DNA of 64,000 bases from assembly GCA_964016885.1 (NCBI GenBank), contig OZ024740.1, positions 273,544,001 through 273,608,000 on the forward strand, given 5' to 3'. The position numbers were made by a program, and so were the translations under genes. Positions 40,477 through 53,559 of this stretch are shown in pieces (position 1 is the first letter of the stretch; each line of letters begins with the position of its first letter). This stretch comes from Eledone cirrhosa. Taxonomy: Eukaryota. The notes beneath the pieces were generated by a model. It worked only from the letters and a program-made list of their open reading frames with translations, was not told the origin of the DNA and did no database searches.

Positions 40477-40509
<33 letters not shown>

Positions 40510-41434
40510 ATACATATATACATATATATATATATATCCATACATATATATAAAGACACACACATATATATACATATATATATATTTCTATGAACCTCTA
40601 TGCGTGTGAGTGTATGCATTTGTGCATCTAAATATATGTCTACATGCGTTGATACACCTCTCACCATATTTTCGTTGTTTTTTTCTGGGGTCTTCATTGT
40701 TATGTAGTTCTCATTATAAAAAAGTAAGTGACTCATTTATACAAATCACATTTTGTTCTCTAAAAAAAACCTATCTGTCTGCCTTTCTTTCTCTATCTTT
40801 TACCTCTCTCTTTCACCCTCCTCTCTTTCTTGCGCTCTCTCACTCCCACTTCACCACAATCCCCAATATTACCATCATGAACTTCTAAGAGAAAATATTC
40901 CCGTACAGTTTATGAAAGAAAATCTACAACCACCTCCTAACATTTCCTCTCACAATCTCATAACCGCTAGACATTAAAGTTGTGGTAAATTGAGAGCAAA
41001 AAACATGTAACATGTACTCTACTTCATAAATATGTATAAAAAATAGAGGCCAGGGCTGTGTTATTGATCTTAATTTATTAATGTCATTAATTCTTCTTCT
41101 TCTTCTTCTTATTATTATTATTATTATTATTATTATTGAATGCTATGGTTGACGGAGGCTCGGCTCTGTAAGGTATTGTAAATTTTGAACGCTATAACAA
41201 TTGTAAATTGTTTAAAACTTAGACCAACTTGTAGACAAAAACACCCTCCTCCTCGTGAGAGGGGTCTTTCTGCCCGTTATGTGGCCCTTCGGGTTAAATA
41301 ACTGCTTATTGGGGTTTTGTACCCAATATTTATTTTAAACAAAAAACAACATCGCTACGAAAAAGAAATTTCATAGGTCACTCCCACTCATTCCGTCTTC
41401 TTCTTCCTCAATCATCACTACAGCAGAGAGAAGA

Positions 41435-42595
41435 TTGTCTCTCTCCCTCCATTCTTTAAATGTGTCTCTCTCCCTCCCTTCTCTTTCGCAAGCGACGAAA
41501 GAAAAGAAAAGTCTCGTGCAAAGCGTGCAAGGTTTCTCCACGACGACGACGACAGCGACGAAACAGGTGTGCGGGAAATACGAAAACCCAGTTCATTCGT
41601 CTGACGTCAGGAATAATAGCAGTAGCAGTCGTAATAACAACAGCAACAGTGACAATGAAAACAACAGTAGCAGCCGCAACAGCATCACCAGCAGCATAAA
41701 CAACAACAGCATTAGCAGCAGCAACACCAACAACAACCACAGCAACAGCGGCGGAGGCAGTAGTCGTAGTACCTGCAGCAACAACAAAAGTACCAGCAGC
41801 TCTGACGACAACAACAACAACAGCAGCAAAGAAAAACCAATCTCATTTGCAGGTATTGCGAAAAACTTGGAAACAATCCTCATAACAAATGAGGAATTAG
41901 AGGAAGCGAAGAAGATGGTGACAAAGAATGGAGACCGAGCAATCTGCAAGGCAGCGGAAAAGTTTTTCGACACCAAACAGCACTGTACGGTCACGTACCG
42001 TACAGTAAGTACAAAATCCCGTAGGGTGGAAAGAGCCACAGAGGCTCAAATACAAAAAGCCTTGGGGTCTGTGTGGCAGCGGAAAACGCACATCACCCGA
42101 GGCAAAAAATATGCCACCGTAGACGTACTTGTTGCCACACCCCAGGAGGCAAAGGCCCAATCAGTAGTGACCCTAAGGAGCGAGGAAATGGTGTTGGTGC
42201 CCTCCTACTGCGGGCAAAAAATTGTGAGGGTCAAACTGACCCACGTCCCCCCTGGAATGGCCCCTTCTTGGCTGGCCGCGTCTGTCCTCGTCGGAATCGA
42301 GGACAAAACAACTGTACTGCAAGTACAGAAAAAAGTAAGAGAAGATTGGGTCGGCACCTCCATTGAGATGCTAATCCAAACCAACCAGGAGTGCATCGAA
42401 GCTATCCCGGATGTGATAGACTTCGATAACGGCACTCAACTGCCCATAAGTGTTGAGGGAAAACGCCCGAAATGCTTTCGCTGTGGATCGAAAACTCACC
42501 TCAGGGCCTTCTGCAACGAGAAGACTCTGAGAAAGGAGAAAACCCCCTCCTTCCAAAACCGGCTCCACGGCTACCAGCAACAGGACAAGCGGTAA
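41435..42595 (+). CDS. LINE ORF1, gag-like zinc-knuckle protein (start uncertain; C-terminal part continues in another frame to 43454)
   Basis: CFRCGSKTHLRAFC (CX2CX4HX4C); homologous to 47244-48491. Confidence 0.8.
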   Translation: MSLSLHSLNVSLSLPSLSQATKEKKSLVQSVQGFSTTTTTATKQVCGKYENPVHSSDVRNNSSSSRNNNSNSDNENNSSSRNSITSSINNNSISSSNTNNNHSNSGGGSSRSTCSNNKSTSSSDDNNNNSSKEKPISFAGIAKNLETILITNEELEEAKKMVTKNGDRAICKAAEKFFDTKQHCTVTYRTVSTKSRRVERATEAQIQKALGSVWQRKTHITRGKKYATVDVLVATPQEAKAQSVVTLRSEEMVLVPSYCGQKIVRVKLTHVPPGMAPSWLAASVLVGIEDKTTVLQVQKKVREDWVGTSIEMLIQTNQECIEAIPDVIDFDNGTQLPISVEGKRPKCFRCGSKTHLRAFCNEKTLRKEKTPSFQNRLHGYQQQDKR

Positions 42596-43489
42596 CCAGG
42601 AACGATAGGTCCGTGGCACCCATGCCCACGCCAAGGAAATCAAAAACAGCAGCAGCAGTGGAAATATTAACAACAACAACAGCAATATACCAAATGCAGC
42701 TGCAACAGAGACTCCAGTGCAAACATCACCAACAACAACAGGTGAAAGAGTGGAGCTGGTACCCCTCCCCGACCTCACAGAATCAGACATGGAGTGTGAG
42801 GTGGGAGAGGGATGGCAAAAGGTCGTAAGAAGGCACAAACGCAGAAGCAGCGCATCGTCGCCTTTGAAAAGGGAGGAAAGAAATGAGAAAAGGGTAAAGT
42901 CTACTGCAAAGAGACCCACAGCAGCAACACCACCAACACCATCACCGCCCACACTAGCACCACCATCACCACCGGCGACAACCCCACCGCCAACAACACC
43001 TTCAACACCACCACTACAAGCACCAACATCGCAAACACAACAACAAAACACACACACCCAGCAACAACGACAAGAAAATAGCAGAACCACACCCCACCCC
43101 CAGAAAAACAAATGCACGGCAATAAATACACACAACAAGAAACTAATGACTTACATAATTGAACACACAGACATTTCACAACACGACTACATAATACCAG
43201 CACCAATCAAAACGCTAACTAACATAAGACTGCTAAAAATAGCACAGAAACAATACACAAACATTAAAACGAAATTCCCCAACGCAGTTGGTGATTTGAG
43301 GGACCTAGGAGGAACTATCAATCGAAGAGTATATTCAGACATTCTCTTAGAAGAGCCGACGACCAGCCGAAGGGACGATTCAACGGTCCCTTCACCAGAC
43401 GATCAAGTGAAAAGGGATGTAAAAACCATCCCTCCTCTACCAAAAGTACGGTAAGTGGTCTTTCCCATCTTTTCCACTCTATTTTAAAC

Positions 43490-46400
43490 ATGACCTCACT
43501 CAGAATAGGCAGCATAAATGCGCGTGGCTTGGGGTCGTCATGGAAGCAGGGTCACCTGCTCAACGACCTCAGGTCACTAAACATAGATGTAGTGGCCATC
43601 AGCGAGACCAGAATCTCCGAAGCACGGGCCTTCGCACCGATCTTCGGCGGCTACGATGTGTACGCATCTCCCAGCCGTCCTGGATCGGGGGAGGAGTTGC
43701 TGTGCTTTTTCGGAGAGGTTTGGATCTCGCCATACGGGCCATCTTCCTGGACCCAGAGGGTAAGCTGGTGGTGCTGGACGTGACCAGCGGAGACGGGCAA
43801 GCTTTCAGGCTAGTGGCCGTCTATGCCCCGACAGGAGCACGGCGGCCTGATTTCTTCCGGCGTCTGGAGACCTTTCTTGGAACGTCCCGCTCTTTAGTGT
43901 TAGTGGGCGACTGGAACGGGATCTTAGATGCACGCTGGGACTGTGTGGGATTAGCGGATAGGGGTGGAGGGTGCAAGAGCCTCACCAACCTGCTCAGGCG
44001 TTTTGAAATGTCTGACAGGTACCGATTGGATTTCCCGAATGTGCCAATGTGGACTTGGACAAATCGCATAGGGTCATCCAGATCATATCTAGATAGAGTA
44101 TTTTGTAGGGAAATAGATAGGTCTAGCATAGGCTGTCCACAATTCAAGATAGTCAGCTACACGGACCACAAATTCGTGATCTGTGTGCTTGACTTAGATA
44201 GGCTTCATAGACGAGGACCCGGCTACTGTAAGCTAAACGCGTCCTTACCAGCGCGCAAGGCCTACAGAGACCGGATTAGAGAACTAGTTAAGCGGGCGTT
44301 GACGGTGGCCATCGTCAACAAGTGGTGGTTTGTTCTGAAAAGAGCGATTAGAATAGAATCGATTAGGTTTAGTAAGGCTTTAGCAATAGAGAAAAATAGA
44401 GCAGAGGGAGAACTAGTTAGAAAATTAGACGAGGCGCTTAGCAAAGACATTGCGACCGACGTGCTTGATGCGAAATTGGCCCTTGACCAATTCTTCAATA
44501 CAAAGCACGAGTGGCGGAGGCGCGTCGTGGCAACAAAGCCACGATCCGGTCTTTGGTGGACCACGACGGGCGCATGCTACTCGATCCCGGGCAAATGTGT
44601 GAAGCTTTTCAGCGACACTTCGTTCAGCTGTTCGGGGGCAGCGGTGGGGCGGGTCGACGGATGGACTTTAGTGTCTATCTCGACGGACTGCCGCGGCTCT
44701 CGACCACAGAGGCGAAGTGTTGCGAAAAGCCGATAACAGCCGCTGAAGTAAGGGAGGCATTGACTGGCTGCACAAGGGGTAAATCGCCTGGTTTGGATGG
44801 TCTGCCCTATGAACTTTATGTACAGATGCCAGACTTGTTTAGAGGCCTCTTGGCGGACGTCTACTGCAACTGGCAACAGAACGGGAGAATTCCCAGTTCT
44901 GTGAGCCGAGGAGCGGTGGCACTGCTGAGAAAGGATCCGAACAAGGGGGATAACATAGATAATTTCCGGCCCATAACTCTGCTAAACACAGAGTTCAAGA
45001 TTTTGGCCAAGGTGCTAGCAAATAGGTTGGCGCTTGTCGTTGGTGGTCTGGTGGGAGAGGCGCAGACATGCGCCATTCCCGACAGATCCATCCACGACAA
45101 CCTCCACCTCATGCGATACATCGTAGAGAGGGTAGCTAGGGAACCTGGCACGGGTGGGTCCTTGATCAATTTAGATCAGTCGAAAGCTTTCGATAGGGTC
45201 GACCATCGTTACCTAGCGGCAGTCCTGAGGGCGGCTGGCTTTGGGCCCGTCTTTAGAGGCTGGATCGCTGCCATGCACAGCGACATCTGCGCTCGGTCCG
45301 CCAAGGATGTCCCCTCTCGTCCCTCTTGTACGTAGTGACTCTCGAGCCATTACTGCACAAACTGGAGACGTTAAGGGGCATCCCGCGCGAACTAGGATGC
45401 GGAAGAACCGTGTCAGCATATGCGGACGATGTCACCGTAGTGGTGTCGAACGCCAAACACATCGAGGCGATCGGCACTACACTAAGAGAATACGAAGCGG
45501 TGACAGGAGCAATGATCAACCAGGAAAAGTCAGTGGGCCTGCAGCTCGGCACCTGGAGAGGCAGGTCCATGCCGTCCAACAGCATCGCGGACGCTGGACG
45601 GAGGGACCGGTTAAATTGCTAGGGGTCTGGTTCGGTTCGGACCTCCAGACGGACAAAAACTGGGACGAGGTGACGAGCAGGGTGGCTTCTCTCACCCAGA
45701 AATGGGCGGAGAGGAAGCTATCCCTGAAAGGTCGAGCGGAGGTGGCTAACGCGTACATCGCGTCTGTCATCTGCTACCGCCTGACCGTCGTACCTTGTCC
45801 TAAGCCTCGCCTGACTGCGCTGGAGCGTTTGCTCTTTCGCTTTTTGTGGAAGGGACGCGCTCCGATGGTCTGGCGGTCCATCAGTTGTCAACACCCGCTA
45901 CGTGGAGGGCTGGGTATGCCGTGGCTGATGATGCGCAGGCACGCGCTCAGGCTACGACATTTCCACCTCTTCCTCGACGGTGATCAGGTGTGGTCGGCGT
46001 TTGCTAGACACGTATTTCCCCAGCTCGTTTCCTTGACGGAGCTGCAGTCCTGGGTCAAGCGAAGACCGAGAGGGAGCGCCTGGAGACTGGAATGTCTTCA
46101 GGCGCTCACAGCCCTCGACCAATCGGGCAATGTGATCGGTGGAAACTCCACCTCGGCGTTCTATAGAGGATTAGTGGAGGGGAAGAGCGACGACGTACTT
46201 GGGGAAACTCTAGGCGTCGACGAAAATCAACTAGCCAATCTCTTCGGAAGAAATTTCGGGCCAGGGCCTATGGACAACTTCCAGAAATCTCTGGCCTGGC
46301 AGTGCTACCGAGGAGCCTTGCCAGTTCGGGATAAACTCTACAGGCATGGAGGTGCCGTCAGCCGGGCATGTCCGAGATGCGCGCAGGGCGACGAAACCGT

Positions 46401-46787
46401 CCTGCACGCACTCGTCCAGTGTCCGAAAATTGGTGACTTGTGGGTTTATGTCGAACACCTGCTGTCGCGTTTAGGACGGATCCGGCTATCATCTCAGTCC
46501 ATCGTGAGGATTTCCCCGCCCTCCTCCTTTAGCCGGGAAGGGCAGGCAATTTTTATCATCTGGTGGCCATGGCGAAAGAGATAGTATGGTTGACACGTTT
46601 GAAAGGGCTGAAGACGAGCTTTTACCACTTCGGTGATGCTCTGATTGACTTTTTCAAATTTCATATGAAAAGGGTATTGAATCAGAGTAGAGAGGAAAGT
46701 GCTCTCTTCCCAGCATTTTGTTGAAAGATGGGTGAGAGAAGCAAGAATGGCCCGAGTGAATGGGCCTACTTGAGTATATATCTGTAA
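43490..46787 (+). pseudogene. LINE ORF2 (AP endonuclease, reverse transcriptase, C-terminal Cys motif), frameshifted and internally deleted
   Basis: SINARGL, ISET, VYAP, GDWN, YLDR, TDH; KSPGLDG, NFRPITLLNTEFKILAK, DQSKAFDRVDH, AYADD; CPRC..DETVLHALVQC. Confidence 0.92.
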
Positions 46788-47243
46788 ATTAAAGGTGGAA
46801 AACTGGGAGAGGGCTCTTGCCTTGGTGATCAGGGTCATTGTGGCTTTTTACTGGGCTTTCTCCACAAATGTCCCTCCGAAGTCTCCCCCCTATTGGGGAA
46901 TTTTTCATTGTTTTTTTTTTTACACGCAGAAATGCCCATTTGTACCGCCCTGTATTGTCCTGCACTGTCCTTAATGTCTACTTTATGTAAACCCTTGTGG
47001 TTAATAAAGAAATCATAATTATTATTATGTGTGAAGACAGACAAGTCTGCGGGGGAAAAGGTTCTTAGCTTTAAGCTGTTTTAAAGTGTCTTTTTTTGTA
47101 TTTTCTTGTCATTAACGAAACTTAAGGTACACATCTTGATTTAAAGAGAGGGATACCTCTCAATATTCGGGCTTTAAGCCCGAATATTCAGATTTATTTT
47201 TTAAAAACTTCGAAAAAAATCGCTTCCCCACCAAAAGAAAATT

Positions 47244-48491
47244 ATGGAAATTTTCGACCTTGAAACGGTAAACAACGTTCAGGTCAAAAGTTTAAAGGCA
47301 GCCACTGCAGATTTCGCCACGACTACGACGGCTACAGTCATGCCTGTCATCCACTCTACTGAATGTGAAGGCAAAACTAAAAAGCTACCATCACAACCTT
47401 CTGCCATAGCAGCAGTATCATCTGAAAACGACATCACCACCACCGCCACCACCACCACCACCACAACAACAACAACTCAGAGCAATAACGACAAAAACAC
47501 CGACAGCTTCAATGTAAACAAGGATGGCGGTGGCAACAGCAAGAATGACAACAACAATAAGAGCATCAGAAACACCACATTTGCTGCAGCAGCAGCAAAA
47601 ACAAAGCGCTTATTGAATATCGATATTGATATTAGCGATAAAGACGAACAGTTGGCCAAAACGTGGAGGCTAATTAAACGGGAGAAGTCCTGGGCAAACC
47701 TGACCATCCCCGACGAGGCAATAGCGGCCATGCAAAGGAGGACGGTGCTCTTTCGATGTATTTCGGTGCAGACACGAAAAGTGGAACTTGCGAGCCAAGC
47801 AGAGGTAGAGGCTGCTTTGGAGTACATCGGAAGTAACATAGAGTACAAAGCAAGAGGCAAACAGTTCGGTACCATCTCGGTACTGTTCAAAACCGAGGCC
47901 CTCGCTATTAAGCACTCGGTGACCCTCTGCAGAACAGAACGCATTATCATGCATCCGTCCTATATGGGTAAAAGGACAGTGAAGGTACGCATTCCCAGCA
48001 TCCCACCAGGAATGAACATATGGTGGCTGCTGGGATGTGTAATCGAGGAGGGGACAGACACCACCCTCCTGGACATCAAAAGGACAGAGAGAGAGGACTG
48101 GTCCGGAATGGATTTGGAGATTCTTCTCCAAATGAAACCGGAGGATATGAATAACATCCCAGATTTTGCCCGCCTGCAGGACGGGACAACAATCCAACTA
48201 ATGATTGACGGAAGAAGGCCACGCTGCTTCGTTTGCGGGGGTGCAACGCATCTTCAAGCCTTCTGCCCTCAGCGCAAAAATGCAGGGGGTCGCAAACCTC
48301 CTTTGTTGCCAACGCCAGTGTCAGCACGGAAAGCTGCACCACCACCACCACCACCAAAAACAAGATCAACAAAAACACGGACACCAACATCAAAAGCAGC
48401 CGGATCACAACCAACACCAAAACCAATCCAAGGAGAAAACGAGGAAAGCTCTCCCCCTCCCCCTACCCCCCCCCCCCAATTATACACATAG
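47244..48491 (+). CDS. LINE ORF1, gag-like zinc-knuckle protein (frameshifted continuation to about 49195)
   Basis: CFVCGGATHLQAFC; Pro/Thr/Lys-rich tail. Confidence 0.82.
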   Translation: MEIFDLETVNNVQVKSLKAATADFATTTTATVMPVIHSTECEGKTKKLPSQPSAIAAVSSENDITTTATTTTTTTTTTQSNNDKNTDSFNVNKDGGGNSKNDNNNKSIRNTTFAAAAAKTKRLLNIDIDISDKDEQLAKTWRLIKREKSWANLTIPDEAIAAMQRRTVLFRCISVQTRKVELASQAEVEAALEYIGSNIEYKARGKQFGTISVLFKTEALAIKHSVTLCRTERIIMHPSYMGKRTVKVRIPSIPPGMNIWWLLGCVIEEGTDTTLLDIKRTEREDWSGMDLEILLQMKPEDMNNIPDFARLQDGTTIQLMIDGRRPRCFVCGGATHLQAFCPQRKNAGGRKPPLLPTPVSARKAAPPPPPPKTRSTKTRTPTSKAAGSQPTPKPIQGENEESSPPPPTPPPQLYT

Positions 48492-49229
48492 ACAAAAAAA
48501 ATAAACGCACACACAGACACAGAGACACTCACAGACACAGACCCTTTGTCTTCCAGCAGCGAAGATGAAGGAAAACCCAAAAGTGCAAAAAAACAGAGAA
48601 AACTCACAAAAAAAAAGCCCCAACAAAATACAAAAACACACACAACAAAAAATACAGACACCACTAACGCAAACACTTCCCTAATAACATTAGCACCATC
48701 AGCAACATCGACACCACGTCCACAATCCCCGAAACGCAAACAACCTAAACAAACACAAGTACAAATAAACACACAAATACCTGAAATTGCAGACACCACA
48801 CCTACAAAAAACATAGACATACCCGAAACAACACCACCAAAACCATCGCCACCACCTTCACCAAAACGAAAACAAATAAAACCACACCAACAAAATGTTA
48901 AAAACTTCGTGCTTGTCAGAAGGGCCAACGATAAACTGATGGCCCTCTTAGCGCGAAGCGTGGACATTCAAACAGAGGGGGAGATTTTTGAAATGAGCAC
49001 ATTTTGCGTGCCAGAAGATTTGCTTCTAGTCCGAATGTAACTCAATTCCTTCAAAGAAATTCGAGAGAGCTTTCCTCAAGACGTGGGAAACCCGAATGTG
49101 AAACCCATATCAAGACTTTTAAAGGGGTTCCCAAAAGAAACCCCACCAACCATGGAGGTCGAACCACCCGACCTTCACAAGACCCGGGAGGTAAGTAAAC
49201 CTTCCCTCTCTCTCTCTTAGCTTACCAAT

Positions 49230-52200
49230 ATGGCAATATTAAGAGTAGGAAGTTTAAATGTTCGCAGCCTGGGGTCAGCCTGGAAGCAGGGTCGCCTGCT
49301 CAACCACCTCCGGTCGCTGGAAATGGATTGCCGTAAGCGAGACCAGAATTTCCGACACGCGCGCACTAGTCCCCATTTTCGACGACTATCAGATCTTCGC
49401 ATCTGTTATCAGGCCGGGAATGGGGGTGGGGTAGCAGTGCTGTTTAGGAAAGGACTGGATCTCGAGGTAAGGTCGATCTTCCTGGACCCGGACGGTAAGT
49501 TGGTGGTCTTGGATGTGAGCAGTAGCGAAGGTGGTGCCTTTAGACTGCTGGCCGTCTACGCCCCTACAGGGGCCGGACGACCTGACTTCTTTAGGCGCCT
49601 GGAGACCTTTCTGGGTACGTATCGCCCTTTACTGTTAGCGGGGGACTGGAATGGCATCTTAGACGCACGCTGGGATTGTGTGGGAGTAGCCTATAGGAGC
49701 GGGGTGTGCAAAAAGCCTCAAGCACCTACTCAGCCAGTTCCAACTGTCTGACAGGTATCGACTAGATTTCCCCAATGTGCCAGTATGGACATGGACCAAC
49801 CGAATGGGGTCATCTAGATCGTATATAGACAGAATCTTCATTAGGAAAATAGAAAGAAATAGTGTGGGCTGTCCACTTTTTAAAACGGTCGATATTCAGA
49901 TCACAAATTTGTGATCTGTACGGTCGACCTAAGTAAAACGCGTAGGTTAGGACCGGGTTACTGGAAGCTGAACATGTCATTTCCGGCACGTAAGGCTTAC
50001 AGGGACCGAGTCAACAATTTAGTTAAGCAAAAGTTGACTGGGGGGATCATCAGCAACAGATGGTGGAGGGGGGCTCTCAAAAGAGAGATTAGAGTAACTT
50101 CGATAGAGTTCACCAAAGAACTAGCGTTAGAGAAAAATAGAAAGGAGGGGGAGCTGGTAGATAAGTTAGACGAGGCTATTTGTCGTGGCATCGCAACGGA
50201 CGTGATAGCGGCGAGAATGGCATTAGACCATTTCTTCAATGCCAAACACGAGGTTGCATTGTCAGAGCTAAGGCGCGTGCGCTGTGAAACGAGGGAACTA
50301 AAGCTTTTCGATGGGCCCGCGTGGCGGAGGCGCAGCGTGGTAATAAAACCACAATTCGGTCTTTGGCGGACCGAGTCGGACACGAGATAAGCGATTCCAA
50401 GCAGATGTGTGAGGCCTCTCGCCAGCACTTTGCTCGGTTGTTCGGGGAGAGTGGCGAGTCAGAGAGAGTAGCGGGTTTCAGTCCCTACCTTGACGGCTTG
50501 CCGCGCATCTCGACGGTCGACGCTGAGCGCTGCGAAAGGCCGATTACTTCAGCCGAAATTCAGGACGCCCTTGTCGGCTGCATGAGTCACAAGTCACCCG
50601 GTTTGGATGGCCTGCCCTACGAGCTTTGCGTAAATATGCCAGACTTGTTCTCCGAACTCCTCGAAGAACTCTACTGTAACTGGCAGCAGAATGGGAGTAT
50701 TCCCAGTTCTGTGAGCAGGGGAGTGGTGACGCTGATAAGGAAAGACGAGAACAAGAGGGATACATTAGACAACTTCAGGCCCATAACTCTGCTCAACACA
50801 GAGTTTAAGATTTTGGCCAAGGTGTTAGCAAAGAGATTGGCGCTTGTCGTCGAGGATTTGGTTGGGGAGGCGCAAACTTGCGCAATCCCAGCCAGGTCCA
50901 TACACGACAATCTCCACCTCATGCGATACATCATAGAGAGGGTAGGGTGTAAACCTGGCTTCGGTGGGGCACTGATCAATTTAGATCAATCGAAAGCATT
51001 CGATAGGGTCGACCATTGGTATCTGGAGTTTGTCCTCAAAGCAGCTGGCTTCGGCCCTGTCTTTAGAAGCTGGATTGTTGCAATGCACAGCGCCACACGC
51101 TCGGTGGTCAGGGTTAATGGCCACCTCTCGGAACCATTTCGGCTCTCCCGATCGGTCCGTCAAGGGTGCCCTCTCTCTTCCCTTCTGTACGTATTGAATC
51201 TCGAGCCTTTACTGCGGAAGCTGGAGCTGTTGCAGGGCATCCCCGTCGAACCGGGACGTGGAAAGGCAGTGTCGGCTTATGCGGACGACATCACCGTGAT
51301 GGTGTCGAACACCTCAAAAATCGAGATGGTCGGCACCTTATTGAAGGAATATGAAAGGTTGACAGGAGCCAAACTTAACCCGGAAAAGTCGGTTGACTTG
51401 CAGATCGGAACCTGGAGAGGCAAGCCCATGCCGTCCAACAGCGCCTTGGGGCGCTGGACGGACGGACCAGTAAAGTTGCTCGGGGTTTGGTTCGGACTAG
51501 ACCTCCAGGTGGAAAAGAATTGGGACGAGGTAACGAGCAGAGTAGCCAGTCTCACCCAAAAATGGGCTGGGAGGAAGCTATCACTGAAAGGTCGCGCGGA
51601 GGTGGCGAATGCGTACATCGCGTCCGTCATCTACTACCGCCTAACCGTCGTGCATTGCCCCCGTCCGCGCCTCTTCAAGTTGGAACGGCTCCTCTTCAAA
51701 TTCTTGTGGAGGGGATAAGTTCCGTTTGTGAGGCGGTCCATCTGCTGCCAGCACCCTCTACGCGGAGGGCTGGGCATGCCGTGGCTAATGATGCGCAGAC
51801 ATGCGTTGAGGCTTCGACATCTCCAGATATTCTGCCTCAATGGTGAACAGGTGTGGTCGCCGTTTATCAGACGGGCCTTTCCGCAGCTCATTTCTTTGAC
51901 TGAGCTGCAGTCCTGGGTCAAGAAGAGACCGAGACTGGGTGACTGGCACCTGGAAAATTGCCAGGCACTCACTGCCCTCTACCAAGCGGGCAATGCGATC
52001 AGTGGAACTTCCACTCTCGAGTTCTATAGAGGATTAGTGGTGGGCAAGTGCGATGACGCACTCGGAGAAGCTTTGGGCCTCGACGAAGTCGAACTGACCA
52101 GTCTGTACCGGAGGACATTTGAGCCGGGGACGATGGACAATTTCCAGAAATCCCTCGATTGGCAGTGCTACCGGGGGGCACTGCCGGTTCGGGATAAACT

Positions 52201-52647
52201 CTACAGGCACGGAAGTGCTGTCAGACGGACCTGCCCTAGATGCGCACAGAACGACGAAAGCGTTCTGCACGCACTTGTCCAATGTCCGTGCATTACTGAC
52301 TTGTGGAGTTATGTCGAACAGCTACTGTCGCGTGTGGAACGAATCCGGCTATCGGCCGAGTCCATAGTGAAGATCGAGCCGCCACCTTCCTTAGGTCAGG
52401 AAGAGCAGGACATTTTCCTCTGTCTGGTGGCAGTTGCGAAAGAGATTATATGGTGGACCAGGTTGAAAGGACTAAAGACAGACACTTTTCTCATCGGCCA
52501 ATCCCTCATCCACTTCATCAAGTTTCACTGGAAAGGAGGGTGAGGGTGGAGAGAGAAGTGCTGCCCCCCAGTACATTTGCTAAAAGGTGGGTGAATGTGG
52601 CGAGAATGGCTCGTGTGAATGGGCCTACTCTGACCATGCGCCTATAG
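49230..52647 (+). pseudogene. LINE ORF2 (APE, RT, Cys motif) with frameshifts and a stop
   Basis: SLNVRSL, VYAP, GDWN, PGYWKLN, KSPGLDG, RSVRQGCPLS, AYADD, CPRC..DESVLHALVQC. Confidence 0.93.
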
Positions 52648-52922
52648 GCTGGCTAACTTGAGGAGAGGGGTGCTCTCCTGGGTGCCCTAGAAGCGCAGGG
52701 TGGTTCAGGATTGGTGGGGTACCCGAATCACCCCAGGGTCCCCCCCCCCCTATCGGGGAATTTATTTTGTTATATTTATGCATAGTTTATTTTATATTTT
52801 TATATTTTCATTGTTAAATTAGTTTTGCCATTGTGCACTTTTACTCGACCTTATTGTAAACCCCACTGTCCCTGTCTTTGTATTGTCCCCTACATGTCGG
52901 CCCTTGTGGCTAATAAATGAAA

Positions 52923-52991
<69 letters not shown>

Positions 52992-53559
52992 TTTGAGTCT
53001 CAGTCATTGATGTTAGTTAACTGGAAAGTTTGTTGAAATGAATATCAAGCGTATATCTGAAAAATTTGATACGGACAAATAATTCAGAATCCCCCACCCC
53101 CACCCGAAAAAAATCAATAAATAAATACTGATATACGAGAATCTAAAGCAGAGAAACCACTAAGAATAGTAGAAAGCTCGGAAAAGGGGCAGCCATCGGG
53201 TAAGAAAGCATGTATCTGGGCTCTATCACATCTGGTATAAAAAGCGGAGTCGGCCAACTCTATCATAGAATAGGGGATGGGGTGGGGGTACTGAGGCTAC
53301 AAAGGACCGAAGGGCTACCTCAGGATGGGCGGGAAAGTGAAAAGGACGACGACAAAGAGGGAGAACTGGGGTGGAAGGACTACGAAGGGATGGGGGGAAG
53401 AAGGAAATATAGAGGAAACGATAAAAAGTTATAAGAGAAAATCTTACGTCTACCTTTGCAAGCAGGGGTTATCCATTACAAAGTCGGCAAGTGGGGTGTT
53501 ACAGCCCTTGTCTACCCCCCCCCCCCCCCCCGGGGTCATTATGGGGTTTGAGGGCGGGG

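Larger units (their letters stand above)
41139..47027 (+). mobile_element. L1/Tx1-clade LINE, element 1 (near full length, inactivated)
   Basis: 5'UTR, gag-like ORF1, APE-RT-Cys-rich ORF2, AATAAA and short (ATT)n tail; begins immediately after (ATT)n. Confidence 0.92.
47028..52990 (+). mobile_element. L1/Tx1-clade LINE, element 2 (different subfamily), long (ATT)n tail
   Basis: Same architecture; tail 52925-52990. Confidence 0.92.

Noticed and set aside
41225-41300. HDV-like ribozyme in LINE 5'UTR (cctcctcgtgag)
   Set aside because: Could not build P1, P1.1 and P4 with the catalytic C; only simple hairpins
42371-48967. Long antisense ORFs over LINE ORF1 regions (255 aa, 232 aa)
   Set aside because: By-product of CA-rich low-complexity sense sequence; V/G/C-rich with no domains
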